DNA of 64,000 nucleotides from an uncultured Methanosarcinaceae archaeon (GTDB lineage: Archaea > Halobacteriota > Methanosarcinia > Methanosarcinales > Methanosarcinaceae), in the NCBI GenBank assembly GCA_963847185.1, contig CAWJYV010000007.1:64001-128000 (forward strand), read 5' to 3'. Under the pieces are notes generated by a model. It was given only the letters and a program-made list of their open reading frames with translations, searched no databases and was not told the origin of the DNA. Shown one piece after another: positions 10,642 through 20,724 of the stretch; within the stretch, counting starts at the first letter, position 1, and each line of letters starts with the position of its first letter. The position numbers and the translations under genes are program-made.

Positions 10642-11670
10642 ATGTCGCTGGAAGAAAAAGAGGAAAGTTGTCGGGAAGACATCCCGGAGATTCAGGAAGA
10701 AATCCAGGATCAAGAGAGCACATTTCTCCCTTATAATATCCCTGATTTTAAGACTCTTCTGAAAAAACAGGGCTATGCCCTGGCAGGTCACCACTCAGCT
10801 GTTAAAACCTGTCTATGGCTCAGACATGCTATGAACGATCAGGGTTTCTGCTACAAATCCAAATTTTACGGAGTACAATCTCACCGCTGCCTTCAGATGA
10901 CTCCTACTCTTATGTGCAACCAGCGTTGTCTCTTCTGCTGGCGCCCTACTGAGGTTCCGGTTCCTGCGCCTGGGGAATGGGATTCTCCTGAAAAGATAGT
11001 AGAAGAAAGCATTATCTGCCAGCGCAAGTTAATCACCGGTTTTGGCGGTTCTCCGAATGCAATTAAAGAACGCTGGCTCGAAGGCAATGAACCGAACAAT
11101 GTTGCAATCTCCCTTTCCGGAGAACCAACCTTTTACCCTTATCTTCCGGAGCTTATTGAGGAATATGAAAAAAGAGGTTTTACGACTTTTCTAGTTACAA
11201 ATGGAACAGTTCCGGGTATGATCGAAAAGGTTTCCCCTTCTCAGCTCTACATGAGTCTTGATGCTTCTGATCTGGAGACATATATTAAAGTCTGCCAGCC
11301 AAAGTCTGCTGACCTCTGGGAAAAGATCAACGAATCTCTTCTTCTTATGAAGCAGAAAAGCTCAAGGACAGTTATCCGCACGACTCTGGTTAAGGGCGAA
11401 AACATGTTCAACCCTGAAGGTTATGCCGAACTGATTAAAAAGGCCTCTCCTGATTTTGTGGAAATAAAAGCATACATGCATCTTGGCTTTTCAAGGCTCC
11501 GACTTGATCGTTCTGCTATGCCTGCTCATGAAGAGGTTCTGGGATTCTCACGAGAACTTGCAAAACATCTGGGGTACGAAGTTGCAGATGAATCTGAGAT
11601 CAGCCGGGTAGTTCTGCTTTCGAGGGACGGAAAAAAATCGCCTGTTAAAAGAATTTCCTGCCTTGATTGA
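10642..11670 (+). CDS. taw1: 4-demethylwyosine synthase (radical SAM, Tyw1/Taw1)
   Basis: HSAVKTCLW, CYKSKFYG, CNQRCLFCWR, SLSGEPT. Confidence 0.94.
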   Translation: MSLEEKEESCREDIPEIQEEIQDQESTFLPYNIPDFKTLLKKQGYALAGHHSAVKTCLWLRHAMNDQGFCYKSKFYGVQSHRCLQMTPTLMCNQRCLFCWRPTEVPVPAPGEWDSPEKIVEESIICQRKLITGFGGSPNAIKERWLEGNEPNNVAISLSGEPTFYPYLPELIEEYEKRGFTTFLVTNGTVPGMIEKVSPSQLYMSLDASDLETYIKVCQPKSADLWEKINESLLLMKQKSSRTVIRTTLVKGENMFNPEGYAELIKKASPDFVEIKAYMHLGFSRLRLDRSAMPAHEEVLGFSRELAKHLGYEVADESEISRVVLLSRDGKKSPVKRISCLD

Positions 11671-11868
11671 ATGAAAGTCTTCTTGAGAAAAATCGTTTCT
11701 AAATCAGAAATCAGTATGCTGTAGTGTACAGGAAGATTTTTATATATTTGTGAATATATAAAACCTGTTTGAGGATAGAAACAAATATAAACTCAAGTTT
11801 CAATTAGGATATAGTCCCTGAGCGGACTAATCCAATTTTAAACTAATTAGATACAGTCGAGTAAAATT

Positions 11869-12034
11869 ATGTCTCATATCTAGTGCGATCAGTAGAACAC
11901 GAAACAGGGCAGGTTTGCGCGGCACAAGGCTTTCTATCGGAATTCCGGAAAGCCGGCTTCTCTAGTACGCGTATTTTTACTCTCAGGTTTATCGTGTTCT
12001 GAGCGGTTTTTACATTCGGATTTCGGCTGAGACA
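11869..12034 (+). promoter_or_regulatory. candidate structured leader/ncRNA (long nested hairpin) containing an amber-interrupted small ORF, upstream of aRF1
   Basis: four nested complementary segments found by eye; ATG 11869...TAG 11881...TAG 11893...TGA 12028; BRE/TATA-like GAAGATTTTTATATA near 11732-11746. Confidence 0.5.
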
Positions 12035-12389
12035 GGAACTTGCTGTGTAATTTCTTATCGAAATTCTACGTTTATCCTTGTTAAGTTGACCGAAAAGCTA
12101 AACGAATTGTAAACTGCATAACTAAATTTATTATGATTGCAGACAGATTACTTTCAAACAATTAACTGAATTTCAAACTATTAGTCTCTGAAAACTCTCA
12201 AATTAACTTTGATGATCTCAAAAAATTCAATAATATAGTTAATTGATGAATCTAAACAGACAATCTAAATTGGTCTGCTTTAAATTGTCAATTTCACTCT
12301 AACCATGTCCTATCAAACTCAATTACCATTTAATCGCAATTTATCAGAAATATCAATCTTATTACTTTCTTTATCGGGGAATTTTTGAA

Positions 12390-13637
12390 ATGACTGAACA
12401 AACAGCACACGAAAAGTACGAATTTAAAAAGAAGCTGGAAGGCCTCAGGAATAAAAAAGGAAGAAGTACTGAACTGATTTCGCTTTACATCCCTCCTGAC
12501 AAGCAAATTTTTGACGTCACAAACCAGCTGAAAGATGAACATGGACAGGCTGCAAACATCAAGTCCAAGCTTACCAAGACGAATGTACAGGGAGCCATTG
12601 AATCTCTGCTCTCAAGACTTAGATACCTAGACAAAGTTCCTGAAAATGGAATCGTATATTTCACAGGGGCTGTAGATATTGGAGCCAACAAAACAAGTAT
12701 GGAAAGCGAGTCAATTGTTCCTCCTGAACCTATCACCGTTTACAAGTACCATTGTGATTCCTCTTTCTACCTGGAACCTCTTGAGGACATGCTCAAAGAT
12801 AAGGGCACCTTTGGTCTTCTGGTTCTTGATCGCAGGGAGGCCACTATAGGGCTTCTGGTAGGAAAGCGAATTCAAGCTTTCCGTAACATGACCTCGACAG
12901 TTCCTGGAAAACAGAGGAAAGGTGGCCAAAGTGCCCATCGTTTCCAGCAGCTCAGGCTCATTGCGATCCACGATTTCTACAAGAGGATAGGAGATGCTGC
13001 AAGCGAGATCTTTCTTGCCGTTGAACCCAAAGACCTCAAAGGCATCTTGATAGGAGGCCCTTCTCCAACAAAGGAAGAGTTTTATGCAGGCGAGTTCCTG
13101 CATCACGAGCTAATGAAGAAAATTCTCGGTCTTTTTGATACGGCATATACAGACGAATCCGGTCTTTCCGAACTGGTGAATGCTGCCGGTGATAAGCTTC
13201 AGGACCTTGAGCTCATGGGGCAGAAAAATGCTGTTAGAGCCTTTTTCAAAGAATTGATTTCCGATTCAGGGAAAGTTGCCTATGGGGAAACTCAGGTCCG
13301 GGCAAACCTTGAAATCAATGCTGTAGATGTACTCCTGCTCTCAGAAGACCTGCGTGCCGAAAGGGTAACCACAAAATGCAGTGTTTGCGGCTACGAGAAT
13401 AAATGGACGCGGCGCTGGAAACCAGGGGAAGCGGCTCCTACAGCCGGAAATTGCCCAAAGTGTGGGTCTTCCCTTGATGTTACAGATGTTACCGATGTAG
13501 TGGATGAGCTCTCAGACCTTGCTGATAAAAGCAATACAAAGGTTATTTTCGTATCTACAGACTTTGACGAAGGTTCTCAGCTCATGAATGCTTTCGGAGG
13601 CATTGCTGCGATCTTGAGGTACAATACTGGAGTCTAA
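12390..13637 (+). CDS. prf1: peptide chain release factor aRF1
   Basis: NIKS, YHCDSSF, GGQS motifs; C-terminal CSVC..CPKC Zn-ribbon insertion. Confidence 0.97.
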   Translation: MTEQTAHEKYEFKKKLEGLRNKKGRSTELISLYIPPDKQIFDVTNQLKDEHGQAANIKSKLTKTNVQGAIESLLSRLRYLDKVPENGIVYFTGAVDIGANKTSMESESIVPPEPITVYKYHCDSSFYLEPLEDMLKDKGTFGLLVLDRREATIGLLVGKRIQAFRNMTSTVPGKQRKGGQSAHRFQQLRLIAIHDFYKRIGDAASEIFLAVEPKDLKGILIGGPSPTKEEFYAGEFLHHELMKKILGLFDTAYTDESGLSELVNAAGDKLQDLELMGQKNAVRAFFKELISDSGKVAYGETQVRANLEINAVDVLLLSEDLRAERVTTKCSVCGYENKWTRRWKPGEAAPTAGNCPKCGSSLDVTDVTDVVDELSDLADKSNTKVIFVSTDFDEGSQLMNAFGGIAAILRYNTGV

Positions 13638-13724
13638 TTCTACCATTTACGACTCCTGTTCCAATACTTTTTACCCAATACTTTTTTAATTAAACTGCCC
13701 TTTGATCAGTGGTCAGAATTTAGT

Positions 13725-13815
13725 AAATAAGACGTCATTAATTAGGTATCACGAATTAAGGCGTCATTAATTAGATATCACGAACTAAGGTATCACAATT
13801 AATGTATCAGAATTA
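13725..13815. repeat. degenerate 15-16/31-bp tandem repeat (GTCATTAATTAGRTATCACGAAYTAAG)
   Basis: visible tandem copies between prf1 and argS. Confidence 0.75.
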
Positions 13816-13855
13816 AAATTATTACGTTATTTCATAGTTTCAAAGGTGGTTTATT

Positions 13856-15565
13856 TTGTTCCTTGAACTCAAAGCTCAGGCTACATCAATCTTAATAGAC
13901 GCTATCCGAAAGGTCGGGTTTGAGATTGAGGATTCCGAACTTTATTTCGAAACCTCTTCTCACGCTGACCTTGCAAGCAGGGTTGCTTTCAAGCTGGCAA
14001 GCATTTACAAACAAAACCCAAAAGAACTTGCATCCCGCATCGTTTCAGCAATCGAGATTCCTGAGGGTTCTTATGTAGGAGAAGTAAGTGCCTCAGGACC
14101 TTACATTAATTTCCGGGCAGGCAGGTACTATCTGGATGGGACAGTTGCTACAGTTCTGGAAAAGAAAGAGAAATTCGGCTGCGGAGCTCCAAAGGATAAA
14201 ATTCTCCTTGAACATACCTCCGCAAACCCTAATGGTCCCCTGCATGTTGGACATATCCGCAATTCCATTATTGGTGACACGCTTGCTCGTATCCTCAGGA
14301 GGGCGGGATACGATGTAGAGGTGCAATACTATGTCAACGATATGGGCCGCCAGATTGCAGTAGTTTCCTGGGCATGTGAGCGCTTTGAGCTTGACCTTTC
14401 CAGAAAGTCCGATTCAGCCATTGCTGACGTGTATATTAAAGCCAATGTCGAGCTGGATAAAAACCCTGAGTATATAAAGGAAATCGATGCCCTTATGGAA
14501 AAGGTGGAAACCGGGGATATTGGGACTATTGAACGCTTTGATAAGGCAGTTTCTCTTGCAGTTGCCGGAATCAAGGAAACCCTTCTTCGTTTAAACGTTG
14601 TTCATGACAGGTTTGTTAACGAATCTCGCTTCCTTAAATCAGGAGCAGTACATGACATTGTTGAGCGGATAAAGGCTACTGGCAGGACAAAGGAGGACAA
14701 AGGGGCCCTTGTTGTAAACCTTTCAGATTATGGGTTTGAAAAAACCCTTGTTATTCAGCGTTCAAACGGAACCTCTCTTTACACTACGAGAGACCTTGCC
14801 TATCACGAATGGAAAGCCGGTCAGGCAGATCGTATAATTGATGTATTCGGGGCAGACCACAAGCTTATCTCGGGCCAGCTCAGGGCTACATTGAATGCCA
14901 TCGGGATCAAGGAACCAGAGGTTGTGATTTTCGAGTTCGTCTCCCTTCCTGAAGGTTCTATGAGCACTCGCCGCGGTCAGTTCATAAGTGCAGACGATCT
15001 TTTTGATAGGATCACTGAAGCTGCTCTTGAACAGGTCGAAACCCGTCGTCCTGACACCTCAGCCGAGTTTAAAAAGCAAGTTGCGGAAATGGTCGGAATA
15101 GGTGCAGTTAGATACGACATAGTGAGAGTCTCTCCGGAAAAATCCACGGTTTTCAACTGGAAGGAAGCTCTGGACTTTGAGAAGCAGGGAGCTCCCTATA
15201 TTCAGTATTCTCATGCTCGTGCCTGCAGTATCCTCGAAAAAGCAAAAGAGGAAGCATCTTGGGATCCTTCAAGAGAAATCGATCCCTCTATTCTTGTCGA
15301 GGAGAGCGAGATCGATCTAATCAAGAAGATGGCAATGTTTGACAGTATAATTGATCTTGGAGCCCGTGAACTTAAACCTCATGTGCTTGCAATATATGCC
15401 CGCGAACTTGCCGATGCTTTCAACCAGTTCTACCGTTTTGTACCGGTTATTGCTGCCGAAGATGAAAAAGTCAGGGCTGCAAGATTGGCCCTTGTGAACT
15501 GTGCCAGGATAGTGCTTGCAAACTCCCTTGACACTCTGGGAATTTCAGCCCCCGAATCGATGTAA
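13856..15565 (+). CDS. argS: arginyl-tRNA synthetase
   Basis: EHTSANPNGPLHVGH (HIGH), MSTRRG, YIQYSHAR, DALR domain; TTG start after AGGTGG. Confidence 0.97.
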   Translation: MFLELKAQATSILIDAIRKVGFEIEDSELYFETSSHADLASRVAFKLASIYKQNPKELASRIVSAIEIPEGSYVGEVSASGPYINFRAGRYYLDGTVATVLEKKEKFGCGAPKDKILLEHTSANPNGPLHVGHIRNSIIGDTLARILRRAGYDVEVQYYVNDMGRQIAVVSWACERFELDLSRKSDSAIADVYIKANVELDKNPEYIKEIDALMEKVETGDIGTIERFDKAVSLAVAGIKETLLRLNVVHDRFVNESRFLKSGAVHDIVERIKATGRTKEDKGALVVNLSDYGFEKTLVIQRSNGTSLYTTRDLAYHEWKAGQADRIIDVFGADHKLISGQLRATLNAIGIKEPEVVIFEFVSLPEGSMSTRRGQFISADDLFDRITEAALEQVETRRPDTSAEFKKQVAEMVGIGAVRYDIVRVSPEKSTVFNWKEALDFEKQGAPYIQYSHARACSILEKAKEEASWDPSREIDPSILVEESEIDLIKKMAMFDSIIDLGARELKPHVLAIYARELADAFNQFYRFVPVIAAEDEKVRAARLALVNCARIVLANSLDTLGISAPESM

Positions 15566-15934
15566 ACAGAGGGAATAATAAAGCATAGAAGCAGTGTAAA
15601 ATAGAATACGAAAAGAAGAAAGCGAAAAAGGGAAAGAGGAAAAACAATCATAAATAGAAGACACTTTCTCTTCGTTCTTTTTATTCGTTTAAGTTTTCTT
15701 TTTATTCGTCTAAGCTTTCCTTTTTGACCCATCTTTTAGTTCTATGAAGCCTTTAAATACGTTTTTTGGAAAATGTGGCAAAAAGACTTAATCAGAAGTT
15801 AGGAGTAGTTATATACCCCTACTTTCAGAAAAATATAAAATCTTTCGCAACAAAAATGGTAGTTATACAAAAATCATTCCAGAAATTAAAATCATAAAAT
15901 TGTAACTTATACAAATACTACCCTAGAGATTGAC

Positions 15935-16348
15935 ATGACTACTATAAGTGACACTTTTCGGAAATTCTTGAATGAACAGGAAGTTTCTTTGAAATCTGAA
16001 ATTTTCCTTGACTGCGAGGAGGTAATTCTTCTTTACGAGGAATTCCTGGAATTTAGTGCTGAGGATTCTCTCTCTGATGAGGATCTGGATCTTTACACTG
16101 CCCATCACAAACGTGGAAAAAGCTATTGCGATATTTTTGGCCCTGAACGCCTTACCCCTTCAGGTATTAAGGAGTTTCTCGAAGATTATGTTGTTGAGGT
16201 AGGAGGAGGAAAAAAATTCGTAGGGACAGCCGCTAAAGTTCTTGACAAATTTTTTGAGTGGACCTTGGATGAGGGTTTCATTGAGGAGAAAGCTTTTGAA
16301 GCAAACAGTGAAATTCTCTCGAAGTACAAGAAAAGGTGGAATGTTTGA
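15935..16348 (+). CDS. hypothetical acidic protein, possibly an integrase SAM-like core-binding fold
   Basis: clean 137-aa ORF; helical pattern IKEFL...LDKFFEWTLDEGFI. Confidence 0.7.
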   Translation: MTTISDTFRKFLNEQEVSLKSEIFLDCEEVILLYEEFLEFSAEDSLSDEDLDLYTAHHKRGKSYCDIFGPERLTPSGIKEFLEDYVVEVGGGKKFVGTAAKVLDKFFEWTLDEGFIEEKAFEANSEILSKYKKRWNV

Positions 16349-16588
16349 AAATAAGGACTGGTGCAGGAAGACGTTTTATTTTCAAACAATTTTATTCTCT
16401 TTTCATTCTTTTTAGATTTATCCAGTTAAAGCAAACTGGAATGAATAAATAAATTTTCAAGTCTGAAAATCCAAATTAATAATCTGTTAAATCAAAGATA
16501 AAAATAAAATTTATTTATCACTTTAGGTATATTTACTGAAAAACAATTTTTATAAAAATCTAATCTAACCAATACTTTTGGGGATACT

Positions 16589-16951
16589 ATGACGAATGAT
16601 ATCATCATTGTCAGCACACCGTACTTGCCAGGTTATAAAATCACAAAGACCCTTGGGTTTACATGGGGCCTAATCGTGCGAAGTCGTGGGCTCGGTGGAA
16701 ATATAGCTGCCGGTCTCAGGTCAATTGTCGGTGGAGAGATTCACGAGTATACGCAGCTCCTGAATGAGGCCCGAGAGCAGGCACTTGATCGATTAAAAGA
16801 ACATGCAAAGGCCCTTGGGGCAAATGCCGTTGTGAGCGTGGAGTTTGATTCTTCAGAGATCGGCCAGACAATGACTGAGTTGCTCGCATATGGTACGGCG
16901 GTAGTGGTCGAAAAAGATGAAGTTCCCGCAAGTCCGGTTCGGCTTGGTTGA
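16589..16951 (+). CDS. YbjQ/UPF0145 family protein
   Basis: GLRSIVGGEIHEYTQLL..AREQALDRL..GANAVV..AYGTAV. Confidence 0.93.
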   Translation: MTNDIIIVSTPYLPGYKITKTLGFTWGLIVRSRGLGGNIAAGLRSIVGGEIHEYTQLLNEAREQALDRLKEHAKALGANAVVSVEFDSSEIGQTMTELLAYGTAVVVEKDEVPASPVRLG

Positions 16952-16956
16952 GGGAC

Positions 16957-17070
16957 GGACAATAGGATAGATGATAGGACAGATAATAGGACGGATGACA
17001 GCAGATAGGAAAATAGCAGATAATAGGCAGATAATAGGCAGATAATAGGCAGATAATAGGCAGATAATAG
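16957..17070. repeat. 11-12-bp tandem repeat (GATAATAGGCA and variants)
   Basis: about five perfect copies preceded by degenerate GGACAGATAATA-like copies. Confidence 0.9.
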
Positions 17071-17400
17071 TCTTATCCATTCCAAGGATTGGAAAGCTCT
17101 GATAACTTGTCGGTTGATAAGAAATTTTTTGCAAGATAAAAAAGGGTATTGTCCGTTAATTTGAACCATGAAAGCACGGAATACATGGAATTAAGAAGTT
17201 AAGGGCATAGTTTTTCCCCCTAACTGTGGAAAGAATTAGGATTGGAAGAGGGTTGGAAAGAGAAAACTTCGAAACCAGTAGAAATGAAGCTGGATACCTA
17301 TTTCCGAATTTTACCAACTATGCTCGACGATTTCCAATTTCAGAAATTCTCAATAGATCTGGCAACTTGGTTTCTAGGATTTCTATTCCTTTTACTATTT

Positions 17401-19203
17401 CTACGTCTTTCGAACTTTCGTATTTACTAGCCGAAGAAGTTTTTTTACTGGAGAAATTGCTGGCTTCGGGACTACTTTGCTTCTGGAAGAATAACTTTCT
17501 CCATTGATACTTGCCAGATATTCCAGGGAACTTATCCCGTTTATTGAAAGAGGGTACTTTTTTTCGTTTCGATATTCCACAATTCTCTTTAGCAGTGGAT
17601 ATCCCTCAACAGCTTTGGTGTCATACTTTGTGATTCTTGTTAGCAACCTTGAGATAAGAGGGTTTTTAAAGTACCTCCCCCACATCGGATTATCAATTAC
17701 CTCGTCATAATAACTGTGAATGAATGTTCTGTAATAAAGGAGCTTTTCATACTTTGAACGATTCTCAAGAGGTTTCAGGTTCAGTATATCGATAGTACAA
17801 TCTATATTTTTAAGTACATTGAGTTCACCTGAAAACAGAATATCTCTGGCATACTTTCTGTACAGTTCCTGATTAATCCTGTGTTCGATGGGGACTTTCA
17901 AAAAGAAATTAATTAATTCTGTATCCCAGAACGGGATTCTCCACTCATATCCGAAAAACTCGTAGGCTCTGACTGAATTAACAATAAACTTCGATTGTCT
18001 CTCATTAAAATCAAACAATTCCACTGCATTTGCACAGGTTTCGTTATTATTAATTTCCACTCTGTCTATTGATCTTTTGATTTTTTCTTTAAAAGCGTGC
18101 TCAAATTCATACTCAGAGGGCCATTTCCAGAGGATGTAGTGTCTTTTCAGAGAATCTGCCAGATAAGTTTCCGAGTTATAGTTTCTTGAAACATCAAAGT
18201 AATAATGGGGAATATGGCTGCCTGCAAGCATATCACCGGTGTGTCCCGGAATAAATACTGCATTTTCAGGGAGCTTTCCCTGGGTTTTCAACTCTTTTAC
18301 GGCCAGAAAATCCTGCATATGGGGTAAAGATGCAAGATTTCCAGCAAAAATCCGGAAAAGATCTGCTTCTTCAGAATTGTAACATTCATGCCATTTACTG
18401 GCTGTGTATTTTACAAAAAGCCAATCATAGCCAAGAGCATTTGCCACTTTTTTGCTTATTGCGGACTCTCGATTGCCTTTTCTTCCATAACTGATACAGA
18501 CAACATCATTTACTCCAAGCCTTTTCAACATTGCAACAATAATGCGTGAATCCAGTCCTCCGCTTAAGGGCACTACAAGTTTTTTTCCCTTTTTTTCGGT
18601 ACTTTCAATTAGTCTTGAAAAGGCATTTACAAAAGCCTGATCGAGCATTTCAAGAAGTTTCTTTTCAGGCAGTTCGTAGTAATCTTCATGCAAATATCTA
18701 AAATATGTAAAGGTTTTCAGGTGATTCCTTTTCTTTTGGTAAATCAAAAATTCTGCATTTTTCATTTGTTTTATGCCGTCAAAGAGCGTTTCATTTCCTG
18801 TCACATATCCTGCAACCAGAAATTCGACCGCATTTTTTTCATTTCGGGGGTGATTATTTTTATCTTTTAAATAATAAGCATTATCTGACACAATAAAATT
18901 ATTTTTTGCTGTAGTATAAAACAGGGGGGTACTTCTTAGTTTGTCAACAGCACAAAATATTCTATTCTCTGTCTCGGCAACAAATGCAAATTCCCCATTA
19001 AATCCTTTAAGGAGATCTCCAATCTCTTTTTCCTGAACTTCTCCTTCTTTACCTATAAGAGGACATAATATTTCCGTCAACTTTTCCGGACTTAGGAGCC
19101 TGTCATTAAAAAATACATTCCCTTTTAAATAATATCTGACCCCATTGGATTTTATTTCTTTCCAAGTAGAATACTTATTCGCTAACTTTATTTCATTTTT
19201 CAT
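17401..19203 (-). CDS. asparagine-synthetase-like amidoligase (AsnB-related)
   Basis: GEFAF..D(K)LRSTPLFY Ntn-like N-domain; PLSGGLDSR ATP-PPase loop; WRIPFWD; no N-terminal Cys. Confidence 0.85.
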   Translation of the reverse strand: MKNEIKLANKYSTWKEIKSNGVRYYLKGNVFFNDRLLSPEKLTEILCPLIGKEGEVQEKEIGDLLKGFNGEFAFVAETENRIFCAVDKLRSTPLFYTTAKNNFIVSDNAYYLKDKNNHPRNEKNAVEFLVAGYVTGNETLFDGIKQMKNAEFLIYQKKRNHLKTFTYFRYLHEDYYELPEKKLLEMLDQAFVNAFSRLIESTEKKGKKLVVPLSGGLDSRIIVAMLKRLGVNDVVCISYGRKGNRESAISKKVANALGYDWLFVKYTASKWHECYNSEEADLFRIFAGNLASLPHMQDFLAVKELKTQGKLPENAVFIPGHTGDMLAGSHIPHYYFDVSRNYNSETYLADSLKRHYILWKWPSEYEFEHAFKEKIKRSIDRVEINNNETCANAVELFDFNERQSKFIVNSVRAYEFFGYEWRIPFWDTELINFFLKVPIEHRINQELYRKYARDILFSGELNVLKNIDCTIDILNLKPLENRSKYEKLLYYRTFIHSYYDEVIDNPMWGRYFKNPLISRLLTRITKYDTKAVEGYPLLKRIVEYRNEKKYPLSINGISSLEYLASINGESYSSRSKVVPKPAISPVKKLLRLVNTKVRKT

Positions 19204-19558
19204 TTATTAGTGTCCCCCAAAATCAACATTTTTTATAATCTTAATTATATATGTTATGTGCTGTTTTTCTTCATAATTATCAGTTTTGAAGAAGCGTTTA
19301 AAGAAGTATTGAATCTCTCAGTGAACTCCAGCTTTCAGAAGAAAACAAAAATATTTTAAATTTAATGAGTTCAGAACAATTATACCCCAAAATTTTCATG
19401 TATTGATATTACTTCTCTCCCTTAAATTTATTTTTATATATCTCTTATAAAATAATTTATACTGTTTCGTGCGATACTTTATGGTATGATTAATTCCAGT
19501 ATTTTTACCTGAGTAATTTCAATACCTATAATACTTCCATCCCTCTTACATAAGAGAT

Positions 19559-20599
19559 ATGCAGGATATCATTTTTATTGATGGAGGCAGCCTTCCTACA
19601 CCCGACGGTCTAACAAGGGAATGGGTTAAGGCTGCAGCTGAAAACCGGGACGAAGACGAAAAACTCTTTTCCATGATAAGGGAAGCTTTTCAGAGGAAAA
19701 TTGACGTGGGTGTGCATGTTCCCACTTACCCTCAGTTTAGAGATAAGATCAAGCAATTTCTTGATATCATTAAAGATGAAAAGAACTGTTATGAGCTATA
19801 TGTATTGAAAGAAGAAAATGCCAAGATCCTTGAGCTTGAGATAATTGATGAGGTCGCAAAGCAGTACAAGAAAGAAACAGGGGAGACCCTTGAAGTCAGG
19901 GTTTGTATTGCAGGTCCCACAGACCTATATCTTCAGGCCTTTGGAGAAACTGCTTATACAGATGCGTATCATATTCTTGCATTAGATCTCGAAAATTTCA
20001 TAAAACAAGCGTTTAAGACTGCGAAGAATTTCAAAATCAGGGTTATAGCTCTGGATGAACCCAGTCTTGGGATAAACGATAGAATTCAATTTTCTGATGC
20101 TGATATCGTTTCCGCTCTAACTTTAGTTTCAACTTATGCCAGAAAACAGGGAGCAGATGCGGAAATTCACCTGCATTCTCCCTTAAAGTATAAACTTGTC
20201 TGCGAGACTCCCATCAATGTTATTGGGTTTGAGTACGCAGCAACTCCTTCCTATATGGACATTCTGGACAGAAATGTGCTTGAGAACTCAGATACTTATA
20301 TCAGACTCGGAGTATCGAGGACAGACATTTCCAGTCTTATAGGAATTGTCAATGAAAATTACGGAGTTAATGCCTGGAAGGAAAAGGAGTACATGCAAAA
20401 AATAATAACTGAACTTGAGACTCCAGAAGTTATAAAAAAGAGACTTGAAGTGGCTTATTCGGTTCTTGGAGATAGAATCAGATATGCAAGCCCTGACTGC
20501 GGACTGGCTTTCTGGCCGGACCAGGAACTCGCCTTCAGGCTTCTTGAAAATACTGCAAAAGGTATCAATGAATTTAATTCCGAAAAGTCGGTAGAGTAA
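19559..20599 (+). CDS. core (single-domain MetE-like) methionine synthase, copy 1
   Basis: GSLP, PTYPQF, LDEPSLG, IHLH, PDCGL; consistent with the archaeal corrinoid-dependent core synthases (MesC-like). Confidence 0.85.
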   Translation: MQDIIFIDGGSLPTPDGLTREWVKAAAENRDEDEKLFSMIREAFQRKIDVGVHVPTYPQFRDKIKQFLDIIKDEKNCYELYVLKEENAKILELEIIDEVAKQYKKETGETLEVRVCIAGPTDLYLQAFGETAYTDAYHILALDLENFIKQAFKTAKNFKIRVIALDEPSLGINDRIQFSDADIVSALTLVSTYARKQGADAEIHLHSPLKYKLVCETPINVIGFEYAATPSYMDILDRNVLENSDTYIRLGVSRTDISSLIGIVNENYGVNAWKEKEYMQKIITELETPEVIKKRLEVAYSVLGDRIRYASPDCGLAFWPDQELAFRLLENTAKGINEFNSEKSVE

Positions 20600-20724
20600 T
20601 TCTAATTGAACGAATCTTTTCCGATGAATTCTCCAGTAATCCTTTTTTCTCTTTTATTCTTATATTTTTATATTTTTTCTGTTTTTCCAATAATGCTAAA
20701 TTCTTGTAGGTCTAGTAAGAGGAT

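Noticed and set aside
16741-17169. minus-strand ORFs with LLSAYY repeats
   Set aside because: products of the 11-bp GATAATAGGCA array, overlapping ybjQ antisense
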